Source: Macrostomum lignano (Eukaryota). From it: a stretch of 64,000 bases of DNA. Below are positions 1-11,700 of this stretch, piece after piece. Each line of letters starts with the position of its first letter. The stretch's first letter is position 1. Made by a program: the position numbers and the translations under genes. The notes below the pieces were generated by a model that searched no databases, was not told where the DNA came from, and saw only the letters and a list, made by a program, of their open reading frames with translations. The stretch is from NCBI GenBank assembly GCA_002269645.1, contig NIVC01001601.1:186001-250000 (forward strand), written 5' to 3'.

Positions 1-240
1 GGGTGATTTGGAGTGGTGGGGGATTTGGGGTGGTTAGTGATTTGGAGTGGTGGGTGATTTGGGGTGGTGGGTGTTTTAGGGCGTTGAGTGATTTGGGGTG
101 TTGGGTGATTTGGAGTGGTGGGGGATTTGGGGTGGTTAGTGATTTGGGGTGGTGGGTGATTCGGGTGGTGGGTGATTTGGGGTGGTGGGTGTTTTAGGGC
201 GTTGGGTGATTTGGGGTGGTGGGTGATTTGGGGTGGTGGA
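1..240. repeat. G-rich minisatellite, ~17-bp unit GGGTGATTTGGGGTGGT; runs off the window start
   Basis: The tandem unit is directly visible. The same motif recurs at 983-1000 inside the NUDT2 intron. Confidence 0.9.
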
Positions 241-653
241 TGATTTATGATAGAGGGTTATTTGAAGTGGCGGTCAGTTTTCGGTGAGCGTTTTCAAGTA
301 GTGCACGCTGTGGTTTGATTACCTGCATTTTTTTCAGAAAAACGAGCAAGTCTGCTTAACAGCAGCTGAATCACAATGACAGATTTAGACAACCAAAATA
401 CCTATATGAGCTTGCATCTTTATTTTGCGAGTATGTTACTAAACAACACGTGATGATCACGGCAAAATGTATTGCTTGTTTATAGTGATGTTCAGCTATT
501 TCTCCTATCAGTGATCATTCAAAACAAGTTAAACGACGCGTGATTGAATTTTGGTTAATGCAGGCTGTTTAACTAAATTTAAACTTTGTAATAAACGTCA
601 AAGATTATTACAGTTTATATTGCTGGCTTAATTGGAATTGGACAGAGACAGAA

Positions 654-1334
654 CTACCGAGACTTTGCCGTCATGTCAGCGATATACTGGTGTGCGGACT
701 GCAGAACCTCGATGCTCTCCTTGAACTTCACCAGCTCTTTGGCCCGCTCGATGCTGCACCAGGCGAAGTCTTTGTGCTCGTCCGACAGACGGATCGGAGC
801 GTCCGGGTTCGACATCTGGCCGAGGTAGTAGGTCACCGACTTCTGCTTGCTAGTGTTTTGGGGTGGTGGTGTTTTGGGGTAGTGGCGTTTTGGAGTGGTG
901 GTGTTTTTGGGGTGGTGGTGTTTTTGGGGTGGTGGTGTTTTTGGGGTAGTGGTGTTTTTGGGGTGGTGGTGTTTTGGGGAGGTGGGTGATTTGGGGTGGT
1001 GTTCAAACATTGTAGTCGGGGATTCTACAAGGGCAGTCTGTGCATGTACATAAGCGATTCCCCAATTCGCCAGCACCAGCACGAACCCGAAGGCGACGTA
1101 GCTGACGGCGTGAACCCAGTCCGGCACCAGCCGATAGTCCGCCCCCTCTTTCAAGCCGCACTCCTCCACAGTCTCCCTGATGGCGCACTGCCGCAAATCT
1201 TCCCCGGGATCCACGTGACCTTTAGGCGGAGTCCACAGTCCCTCCTCGATGGTGGCGTGCAGCAGCAGGTACTGCACTCCCGCCGACACTGTGCGGTAGA
1301 TCACGATTCCCGAGGCCGCCACGGCAGGAGACAT
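654..1334 (-). CDS. NUDT2: Bis(5'-nucleosyl)-tetraphosphatase (asymmetric Ap4A hydrolase, Nudix family); 2 exons 1334-1087 and 849-654; 147 aa
   Basis: Contains WTPPKGHVDPGEDLRQCAIRETVEECGL (Nudix box) and IRLSDEH. Removing the intron 1086-850 (GG|GTTCGT...CACTAG|C) joins YVAFG to KQKSVTYYL, matching NUDT2 YVARNKPKTVIYW, and gives 147 aa. Confidence 0.93.
   Translation of the reverse strand: MSPAVAASGIVIYRTVSAGVQYLLLHATIEEGLWTPPKGHVDPGEDLRQCAIRETVEECGLKEGADYRLVPDWVHAVSYVAFGFVLVLANWGIAYVHAQTALVESPTTMFEHHPKSPTSPKHHHPKNTTTPKTPPPQKHHHPKNTTTPKRHYPKTPPPQNTSKQKSVTYYLGQMSNPDAPIRLSDEHKDFAWCSIERAKELVKFKESIEVLQSAHQYIADMTAKSR
856..1000. repeat. Intronic minisatellite, ~17-bp GGGGTGGTGGTGTTTTT, in the NUDT2 intron
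   Basis: Tandem copies run up to the 3' splice site at 850-851. Confidence 0.85.
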
Positions 1335-1904
1335 CGCTGGCTAAATTTCGGGAACAGCTGAAGTAGGTACAAGCAATTTTACAGGCTCAGCCGATAGTTT
1401 ATTGACAATATTCGCTAATTGCCTACTTTAAGTAGAAAACTGCCCTCGTGAACTTAACGGTAGAATAATTCCAGCTGTTTAGATTGTAATCAGGTGATTT
1501 TCCTGCACTTTTGGTTGAATTGTTAGGCCAGACGCGCAGATGTAAGCGGACACCCACGGAGCAGAGCTAATGCACTGGTGCGAGTACTCTACCAAAGACC
1601 ACTAGGAACACTTCGTCTAGAAGTCCTTGGTACTAACTAACTGAAGTCGGGTTTGTACACTTTGGTCAGAATATTTAGCCGAGTGGCCTACAGTTACGTA
1701 AACTTCGCCATACGTACGGGCGCAGTTTAGGAAAGCTTGATTTAAAATTTGCATATAGAATTAGCTAAACTAATTCGCAATGCTAAGCTGTTTAATGACG
1801 CACCAAATACCTTATAAAACATTTATGCTAGCCCAAATTAAAAGCATTTAACTCAACATTTGTGAACTCATGAATTTCACAGAATGCCGCATCTTGATCC
1901 AACA

Positions 1905-2690
1905 CAGTCCCACACCCTGACTGCAATATCCTACACAGTCCCACACCCTGACTGCAATATCCTACACAGTCCCACACCCTGACTGCAATATCCTACACAA
2001 TCCCACACCATGACTGCAATATCCTACACAATCCCACACCCTGACTGCAATATCCTACACAATCCCACACCCTGACTGCAATATCCTACACAGTCCCACA
2101 CCCTGACTGCAATATCCTACACAATCCCACACCATGACTGCAATATCCTACACAATCCCACACCCTGACTGCAATATCCTACACAATCCCACACCCTCAC
2201 TGCAATATCCTACACAATCCCACACCATGACTGCAATATCCTACACAGCCCACACCCTGACTGCAATATCCTACACAATCCCACACCCTGACTGCAATAT
2301 CCTACACAGTCCCACACCCTGACTGCAATATCCTACACAGTCCCACACCCTGACTGCAATATCCTACACAATCCCACACCCTGACTGCAATATCCTACAC
2401 GATCCCACACCCTGACTGCAATATCCTACACGATCCCACACCCTGACTGCAATATCCTACACAATCCCACACCCTGACTGCAATATCCTACACAATCCCA
2501 CACCATGACTGCAATATCCTACACGATCCCACACCCTGACTGCAATATCCTACACAGTCCCACACCCTGACTGCAATATCCTACACAATCCCACACCATG
2601 ACTACAATATCCTACACAGTCCCACACCCTGACTGCAATATCCTACACAATCCCACACCCTGACTGCAATATCCTACACAATCCCACCCC
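1905..2690. repeat. Minisatellite, 31-bp unit CTGCAATATCCTACACAGTCCCACACCCTGA, ~25 copies
   Basis: Period counted directly; there are no unique spacers. Confidence 0.95.
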
Positions 2691-4083
2691 TAACACAAAT
2701 CACGCATAAAAGTCAAACTAAAAGCTAAAAATCTAAAATCAGTAGCAAATGAAAATAAGTCAGAGTCGGCAGCACACAAAAGGTGCATGCGGTATTTTTG
2801 AATATTAGGACAGGCGATATCGGTGGCGATGTTAGAAGGTGCTGCATACAAGTAACTGTAGGGACATATCTTTAGTATTAAGTGGATATTGATTGTTATA
2901 TATTGTTAATTTTCGAATATTTTTTGACAAGTGCCACACACAGAGATAAAAGTAGTCAAAACGACATTTTATATTATCATTAGAAAGCGGGTGCTCTCCG
3001 GGCACGCACTGCTGCAGACTGCTTTAGCAAGCCAACTAAAGGATCTCTAGGACAAACGCAAAAGCAGTTTCGTTTGCCTCCCTGCATCGAAGCTTGCATG
3101 GTTTTTGAAGCATAGCAACGCCCAGACCCCCTGTAGTGCAGGCCCGGTTATTGTACAGGGGATCTCACGGGTCTGTCCTCCTCTGCTTGATTATCGATCC
3201 CCGCTGACTCCCTCTTCCCCAGGTTGTCCCGCCTCTGCTCTCCCCGTCGCGAGAGAGAGAGAGAGACAGAGAACCTCTGCCCACGTTGATGAACCCTCAG
3301 CAGCAGCCCTAGCAACCAGCATGCAGCATCGCAGATGGGGAAAATGTATTAAAAAAAACGATGGCCTCATAAAAAAAGAGAAATAGAACGCGCGGGAATA
3401 AAGAAAATTCTAGAACTGAATAGCAACTTATACAGTTTTACTGAATTATGAAAAAAAAACTGAAAAAATAGGAATCATTTGCAAAGAAAAAAATTAAAAT
3501 GATAAAACTGCGCTTACTAAACTGAAAGGATTGCTAATCTAGCAATCTCTCTCTCTCTCTCCGAAACAAAAAACCATAAGCGCTACCAAAATTTAAAAGA
3601 AAAAAACACACATCTAAAAGTTGTTGCTTGCTAAACTGATCAGCTGATAAGAGCAGCGCACAGAGAGGCGAGGATGTTGGCGATCGATTAGTTATTAATA
3701 ATAATTATTATTAACGATCTTGAGTAACTAAGGGCACTGGGATTATAGTAGATAATTATTGACAAACAGTTTTTTTACACGCAGGCTGATGACGCTCAGG
3801 TTTTGATCGAGTAGAGATCGGAAAAAATTAAGTAAAATAAAAACACGGAGAAATGATAAACACGGAGGCTTCGATATTAATAATTATAATTAATTGATCA
3901 ATGTTTTGCCAATTTCCTTTAAAAAAGACAGAAAAAAGTTTCTTGCAGATTTGAAAAGAAAAAATATTTCAATTTTATCTTGTTCAGTTTTTAACAAAAA
4001 TGACCGGCTAAAATGTTTTTTTTTTCAAATCGACTCCTCCCCAGTCCAGCTTCTATTCTTCATCTCGAGGCTGCTCACTGTTC

Positions 4084-6802
4084 TCAGGCCTCCTCTTTTT
4101 TGGCCTCGGCGGCGGCCACGTCCACAGCGTCGTCTTCGATCAGCGGCTTCTTGTCACCGACATCGACATAGAAAATGTCGCCCGACTGCACGCACGGCTG
4201 CGCGGTGGGTGGTTTGGGCCGGTTAGAATATGTGATGGGATTTCGGATGGGGGAATTGGGATTTCTGATAGTGGAATTAGGATTTCTGATAGTGGAATTA
4301 AGATTTCTGATTGAGGAATTGGCATTTCGGATAGGGGAATTACGATTTCTGATTAGATTATTTGGATTTACAATAGGGGAGATGGGATTTCTGTTAGGGG
4401 AATTGGGATTTTTGATAGGGGAATCGGGATTTCTGATAAGGGTAATTGGGATTTCTGATAGGGAAATTGGGATTTTTTGATAAGGGAAATCGGGATTTCT
4501 GTTAGGAGAATTTCCGGATTTCTGATGGGGGAAATCGGGATTTCTGTTAGGAGAGTTTCGGGTTTTAATATCGAAATTCATCTACATTAGGGATGCAGAG
4601 AAGTCTGATTGGGGATGTCTGAATCAGGCATCTCAAATGTATGCATTGTTCAAGAGTCGCAAACCTTCTTCTTGCCGATGGCCTTGGTGATGGACAGGCG
4701 CTGGCGCTGGGCGGAAGCGGCAGCGAGGCTGCGGCAGGCGCGCCAGAAGACCCAGATGAAGCACATGAAGGAGACGAGCAGCAGGGCGAACAGGGACCAG
4801 CGCAGGCAGGTCTTGGCGGAATCGGGCATGTCAACGAAAAAGTGGCGCACGCGGTACATCGGGCCGTGGTGTCCGTGATGTCCGTGGTGCTCGCCGTGAT
4901 CTCCATGGTGCTCGCCGTGGTGTCCGTGGTGTCCGTGGTGTCCGTGGTGTCCGTGGTGAGGTCCGTGCGGCAGCATGTCGTGGTCGTCGCCGCCAAGAAG
5001 AGGCCGGTGACCGTCGGGGCCGATCGGGGGCTTAGAAGGCTGGTCTTTGCCCTTGCTGTTGCCGAACATCGGGTGGCCGAAGGACAGTGGAATGCGACGC
5101 TGGTGGATCTCCACCTGTCACAGTGAATTGAAAATCCCATCTAGACCTTCAGCTGGACTGAAGTTATCTACTATCTTGACCTTCAGCTGGACTGAAGTTA
5201 TCTACTATCTTGACCTTCAGCTGGACTGAAGTTATCTACTATCTTGACCTTCAGCTGGACTGAAGTTATCTACTATCTTGACCTTCAGCTGGACTGAAGT
5301 TATCTACTATCTTGACCTTCAGCTGGACTGAAGTTATCTACTATCTTGACCTTCAGCTGGACTGAAGTTATCTACTATCTTGACCTTCAGCTGGACTACT
5401 GAAGTTATCTACTAACTTGACCTTCAGCTGGACTGAAGTTATCTACTATCTTGACCTTCAGCTGGACTGAAGTTATCTACTATCTTGACCTTCAGCTGGA
5501 CTGAAGTTATCTACCATCTCCAGCTGTACAAACCTGGTAGCGCGGCTTGCCATCGGGTCCGGGAGGCATGGAGTGGATGCGGATCTGGATGCGCTGGACA
5601 ATGGCGTGCTTGGCGTTCTTCATGGCCTCCATCATGCGAGCGTGCATCTGGCGCATCTGCTGGAAGATGCGCTGGTGGAAGGGCGACGGCGAGTGCATGT
5701 CAGGCAGGGCCAGGCCGATGCCATGCATCACAGACATCTTGGCGCCATGGTCGGACATGCCATGCTCGCTGAACACCCGGGCCTGCTCCTTGCAGCCCAC
5801 ATTGCAGGCTTTGTCCATTTCATCAGTGATGGCACCACCAGTGAAGCCACGCTTGCAGGACTTGGAGCACATGTTAGACAGCTCGTCATTCTTGATGCTC
5901 TTGTCGTGGGCCAGGTAGATCATTGAGTAGAGGCGGCAGCCATGGAGGCAGGACTAAAAGTGCATTGGTTAGTTGGCTTGCAATGTATACTCATATATAA
6001 AATATACTTAAATATAAAATATACTATTAGTATTATTAATAAATATTAACTCTATCTTCATAAAATATTTGTAGACAAGAAAATGTTATTTTTTAAGGTA
6101 TTATATTATAGAGAATAATCTACTCTTAATAACATAACCAAGGGTACACGCTTTGTATATATCAATTTATTGTAAACTAGCTTTTTTCTTCTGAATTCTA
6201 TATATTAAGAATAATGATGAATGTTTATAATATAATATTAGTATTATTTTAATTGTGCATTAATCAATATAATACTATTGACCTTTTATAAAATATAAAT
6301 CAATGGTAAAATATTTAGCAAACCATATATTTAAATTTAGAAAAAAAATTATTATAACATTCAAAATGATATTTTAAATCACAAATAAGTTTTTAGCCAA
6401 GAACTACTACCTTAGATAATTAAACTAAGATACAAGCATACACATTCATATTGAATTTTTTGTTAGATAAACAGATTTTCTGTTTTACTTTTAATAATAT
6501 TAAGTCATTATTTATTTTGCTATTTTAGGGGTATTTATATATATACAGAGCTCATTATGAATTGCCTTGTGTTGAGAAGTGTAAATATTTTTATTAAGGC
6601 TAGGTAAAAGTAAAAATAATAAGTGATTAGTTGTAATTTAAAATTAGCAAATAAAAATGCGATAGGACTGACTTACATGTTTCAGGTGATGACCATGAGG
6701 ATAGTTGGCCTTGCAAGTGCCGCAGCATCTCTTGTGGTGTTCTTCTCCAGAGACTACCACAAGAATAACAGCAAAAAGCGCTGTCACAATTAGCTTTTTC
6801 AT
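4084..6802 (-). CDS. TMEM59: TMEM59/TMEM59L (BSMAP)-like type I membrane protein; exons 6802-6677, 5953-5534, 5114-4665, 4197-4084; ~369 aa
   Basis: Starts with the signal peptide MKKLIVTALFAVILVVVSG. The Cys pattern CCGTCKANYP...SCLHGCRLYS...CSKSC...ACNVGC resembles TMEM59 CHRACQLTYP...ACQRGCRLFS...CESAC...ACHLGC. A TM segment (WSLFALLLVSFMCFIWVFW) is followed by RLSI (TMEM59 KLSI). All introns are GT-AG and phase 0. The last acceptor is less certain. Confidence 0.82.
4235..4565. repeat. Degenerate 21-bp minisatellite (ATTTCTGATAGTGGAATTAGG) in TMEM59 intron 3
   Basis: Visible 21-bp periodicity; it explains the spurious NP-rich ORFs. Confidence 0.85.
5143..5520. repeat. 34-bp near-perfect minisatellite AAGTTATCTACTATCTTGACCTTCAGCTGGACTG, ~11 copies, filling TMEM59 intron 2
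   Basis: Period counted directly. It occupies almost all of intron 5115-5533. Confidence 0.95.
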
Positions 6803-7082
6803 CTTTAGGCTTCAAAAACTTTAGTGTTTAGTCTTCGACTGCTTGACTTGGTTGTACGAGGAAATATGTCTCACAAAAAATAATTAAATTTATACAATTT
6901 GAAGTCGCGCCTTTTAGCTTACCTATACGACCAAGTAAGCAAATAAAACTCGTTGATTACGAGACCTAGAGGTTTATCACAAAAAAACATGAACAGTATT
7001 AGCTTTTCATGACTTTTAAAGACAAAGCTAAAGCCCCATATATCTTTTGACTGTAAGAATAAAGTACAGGATAAAGTTATAC

Positions 7083-7330
7083 GATTACCCCAGTCCTAAT
7101 GGGCAGATGTAACCGACAGCTCAGCCGCAGCAATGCCGCAACGCATCTGAAGGCTGCGTACGGCTGTTCAATCCATGGACTGGGTGGTCGCCACAAGCCC
7201 TCAATTACTCCAGCTAATGCTGCTACTCATTTTACAGCTGGGGTGAACTGAAGCACTGCAGTGCTAAGTGTCTTGCTCAAGGACAAAAATTATTTCGAGT
7301 GGGTCGAGAATCGAGAACCCCCGACCTTAT
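7083..7330 (-). mobile_element. tRNA-derived SINE-like interspersed repeat, copy 1 (5'-truncated)
   Basis: About 200 bp are homologous to 44676-44886. The minus strand has a degenerate box B (GGTTCTCGATTC) followed by TTGTCCTTGAGCAAGACACTT, a motif typical of metazoan SINE central domains. Confidence 0.7.
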
Positions 7331-8399
7331 TATTAATACTTTTATACATATAGTGCTTAATAACAAGTTATGTTTACGTATCTACTGTTAGTGATCCTCG
7401 GTTACGGTATGTAGCGTGCACTTCATCGGATGGAAATATTGGTACAAAAAGTATAATTATTAAAAAGCAAACACCGAATTACGACATTAACCAGATATTT
7501 CGCACCTCTTTTTCGAAAAAAGGCCATGATAGTAGAGCTTTTAATAAATTTTAACTCTTTTTAATCATTCCAAGTGTTGAAAATAATGTCTATGTTGTCT
7601 TAACTGATGTTCACAACCAGAAACGGAAGTTCAATTTCAGTATCAATCTGTCTAGTTGTAAATTCGGATAGCAAGCAGAATTCCACGGTATTACACAGTG
7701 CCTACTCGCAGCAATAGTGATAGTAGATGCATTAACAAATTTAATATACAAATTATGTCTACAAAATATGTATATTTTTTAAAAAAATGTTGACACCTTC
7801 AATGTTTATCACTCATGCAGTTACATGTAGTCAGATTTGGAAATGAACAAACCAAAAATAATTTGATTATTTCTATGAATATTTCAATGTTCAAAAAAAC
7901 GCACAAAAGTTAAATTTGCTTGATTTTCCATTGTATTTACTGGCGACCAAACATTACAAGCCAAGCACACAAGTAGAAGAAGTGGTTCAATACGCTCGTA
8001 CCCATTAATTGCACTAAAAATTGACGAATTGTCAACGAATCTCCACGAGAAACATTTTGCTTGCTAAATTCGGCAATTAGCCAAGAAATACCAAATAAAT
8101 CAGTTCGAACGAATGTTTTTTTAAAGCCAGACCAACAGTCGAAAACATTATTAATAAAGAAATCGAAGCAATAAAATACAAAACGACTATATACAGGGAG
8201 CATAAAGTTAACGTTACAAGCGAGAATAAATGATTTACTGCTACGCGCTAATGAGAACTTTCCGGACGCACCGAGTCATGATTCATAGAGAACATTAAGG
8301 TGCCGAGCGCACCTGAATGCAAGTTGACTTTGCCGGACAGATATTATCCCCTCAATTTTCTACTGTAAGCTTCGCAGAAGATCAATATATGGTTGTTAA

Positions 8400-8790
8400 A
8401 GGCGACACCAGGAAACAGGGGCCTGTTGCTACTAGGAAACGGGGAATATGCTTGATGAAGAATTGCTAAGAAACAGTGGCTGCTTGGGACGCTTAAAAGA
8501 GACAAACGGTTGCGAGAGAGGTATGAGTAAATATATAATATATGTGGTTTAAAAAACGCCAAATCGCTAAAGTAATGGTTGCTAGGGACGCCAGAAATAC
8601 GGCTTAGCTAAGAAAGCTAGAAATGTATATGGTTGCTAAGGACGCTTCAAAGGGGTGTATGGTTGCTAGGAGAGCGTTAGAACGAGCTCATGGCTTCTAA
8701 AGTACAAAAGCTATAACCTACAATTTCTACACTTTAACGAATGGTTGCTAGGGACGCTATAGATGATTGATACGGTTGCTAAGGCCAAGG
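8400..8790. repeat. Dispersed degenerate repeat ATGGTTGCTA(G/A)GGACGC just downstream of the PHF20 stop
   Basis: About 5-6 copies of GGTTGCTA(G/A)G, at ~8577, 8631, 8661, 8742 and 8774. Confidence 0.6.
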
Positions 8791-8793
8791 GAC

Positions 8794-11700
8794 TCAGTTC
8801 TTTTTAGGCAGTGCGGCCAGCCGGCGCAGCTTAGCCAGATTGTTCCTCAGCGCTGGCAGGCGCGGTCGCAACGTCCGAGGCGTCCGTTCGGCCAACGGCC
8901 GGACACTCGGCCGTTCACGCAGTTCGGACATCTTGGCCGCTACAATGGACAGCACGTGGCCGAGCGCCTGCTGGGTGCACAGCAGGGCGGTGAGCTCATT
9001 GGCATCGGCGCCTGGCGGCGGCGGCGGCACCGGAGGCGGCACCGGAGGCGGCACCGGAGGCGGCGGCGGCAAGCTCAACACGCCGCCGATTTCGTCAGCT
9101 TCACCGACCTCGCCGCCGCCGTTGCCGCCGGCGCCACCGGCGCCGCTGCCACCCAGCAGACTCTCGAGCTGGTCCAGCTCCAGGCTGGGCAGGAAGTCCG
9201 CCAGCTCGCCGACAGAGTCCAGACGGGTTCGGCCTGAGACAGCGCCGCCGCTTGCACTGGCCGCTGCTGCAGACGTTGACGCAGCTGATGACGCCACCTG
9301 CTGCTGCTGCTGCTGCTGCTGCTGGCGCTGGCTGTGCAACTGCAGCAGCTGGCGAATCTCGTCGGGCGACTTCTCCGCGAGATCGGGAGCCAGTTTGATC
9401 AGGCGAGAGTGGATGTCCGTGTTGAAGCGCTTCAGCTGCGAGGGCCGAGGGGTCCGGGATGCGCATTGGGAACTGTTTAATCTTTTGATCATTAATCGAT
9501 TATTCTCTTGACTTTTCCACGATGCTCCACTACATGAACGCAACTCAAGAATCCTACTTGATCCATCTCCTGAGGAATCCCATCTGATTACCAAACTAAA
9601 AATCCCATCCGATCCCCATTCCCAAAAATCCCATCCGATCCCCATTCCCAAAAATCCCATCCGATCCTCATCCCCTAAAATCCCATCCGATCCTCATTCC
9701 CTAAAATCCTATACGCTCCTCATCCCCTATAATCCCATCCGATCCTCATCGCCTAAAATCCCACCCGATCTCTATCCCCTAAAATCCCATCCGATCCTCA
9801 TCCCCTATAATCCCATCCGATCCTCATCCCCTATAATCCCATCCGATCCTCATCGCCTAAAATCCCACCCGATCTCTATCCCCGATAAGTCCATCTGATC
9901 CCCGATCCCCAGGAATCCCATTTTCGGAAGCATTCGGACGAGCAACGCAACCAAAGAGCCTCACCTTCTGAACAATAGCGTAGAGCTCCATAACCTGACG
10001 CACAACGTCCATCATTGGCGAAGTCTGCGCGCCCGAGCTGGGCTGGCGCAGCCATTTGTGATGCCAGACCCGCCTAGTGGATTTGAACTCCTTCCTGGGG
10101 TGCAGGCAGAAGCTGCACACATAGTACAGATCCGGTATGCTGCGCAAGTCAACGGCTTTGGAGGCGCAGCGGGCGTGCTGGAAGGCGCGGCAGACCTCGC
10201 ACTGGATCATGTCGTCTTCGCCCGAGCGGCCGCACTGGCAGTGAACAACCCGCCGCTTGTCTGGCGCGACTATCGAAGCCTCCGCTGCGGCGGCGGCGGC
10301 TGCAGCGGTAGCAGCAGCAGCCGATGACTGCAACGAGGAACTGGACGATTTATGATGCGCCTTGCTGACCGTGGCCGGCTGGGACGCGAGCTCGGAGTCG
10401 TGCTGATCGCGACTAGACGACATCAGAGATTCCAGATCCTCGGCGGTGGCAGCCTCGCTACGCCTGGACGAAGAGGCGTTGTCGCCGGCTGCCGCAGCCT
10501 TGGACGAGGACGCAGCGCGGCCGGAACCTTTGGGCCGATGGTAGAACCTGATGTGGTCGGACAGCAGCTTCTCCTTGCGGAAGCTCTTGCCGCACTGGTC
10601 GCATTCGAATGTCTCGATGGTCCAGTGGGCGGGCACAGTCGGCTCAGTTGAAGTCTTCCGCTTGCCGCTGCCGCTGCCGACGCTTGTGGCGCTGCTGTTG
10701 CTGCGGCCGAGGCCGCCCGAGCCGAAGAACGAGCGCCGCCTGTCGGCCGTCCAAGCCGACAATCCGGGCGTCGAAGTGGCGGTGGCGGCGGCGGCAACAG
10801 CGGCGGCGGAGGTCGGAGCGGCGGGGCTGCACACGGAAGCTGACCGATCCAGCGATGGAGTTGACAGCTTGGGCAGCCGGACTCGCATTTTCGGCAGTCG
10901 CTGCTCGTGCTGAGAACCCTGCTGCTGCGGCGGCGGCGGTGGCGGCGGCGGCAGGAGTTCTGCTGAGGCATCGGCAGCAGACTCCACAGTCTCCTCAGCG
11001 CTCATCATAGCGGTGGTCATGGCGGTGGTGGCGGCCGAACTGCCAGCCTCGGCCACAACATTCTGATCGCTGCTGAAGTTGTTCTGCTCCAGCTCAGGGT
11101 CCAGCCGAGCTCGCTTTGCCAGCGGTTCGTGCTCAGGCTCAACAGCGGACGGTTTCGGCAGGGTGCTGGCCTCCTCACTGGCTGGCAGCTCAGCGGGCGG
11201 AGAGTCTGCCGGTCGCTTCCTACTGAGCTGGTCCTGCAGTTGCTTGGGCGAAACCGAAGCATCCTCTTGGCACTCTTCAAACGTCAGCGAGTATTCAGAC
11301 TGCTGCTCTTCTGGCTTGATTGCAGCTGCCGCGGCCGCTTCCTCTGCTTCTTTTTCTTCTTTTAGTAGCAAATTCGTCGGAATTTTCAACGTCATCTTTA
11401 ATGGCGGCAGCCGGCCCTGCTTCGGCTCGGGAGCCTCCTGAGGAGGAGTCGGCGAAGGCGGCGGCGGGGACTGCGGCGCTGCCTGCGACTTGGCCGTCTG
11501 TGGAGCGGCGGTTCGCCGACGACTTCGTCGGGTCTCGCTGGCAGCATTGAAGGACTGGGAAAGCTTCTGCTGCTGCTGCTTCTGTTGCTGCTTTTGCTTC
11601 TGTTGCTGTTGCTGTGATGAAGAAGCGCCGCCAGCATCACTGGATGAGGCTGAGGCCAGCTCAGCTGACAGCAGCGACTCCGGGCAGGTGGAGTTGAGCA

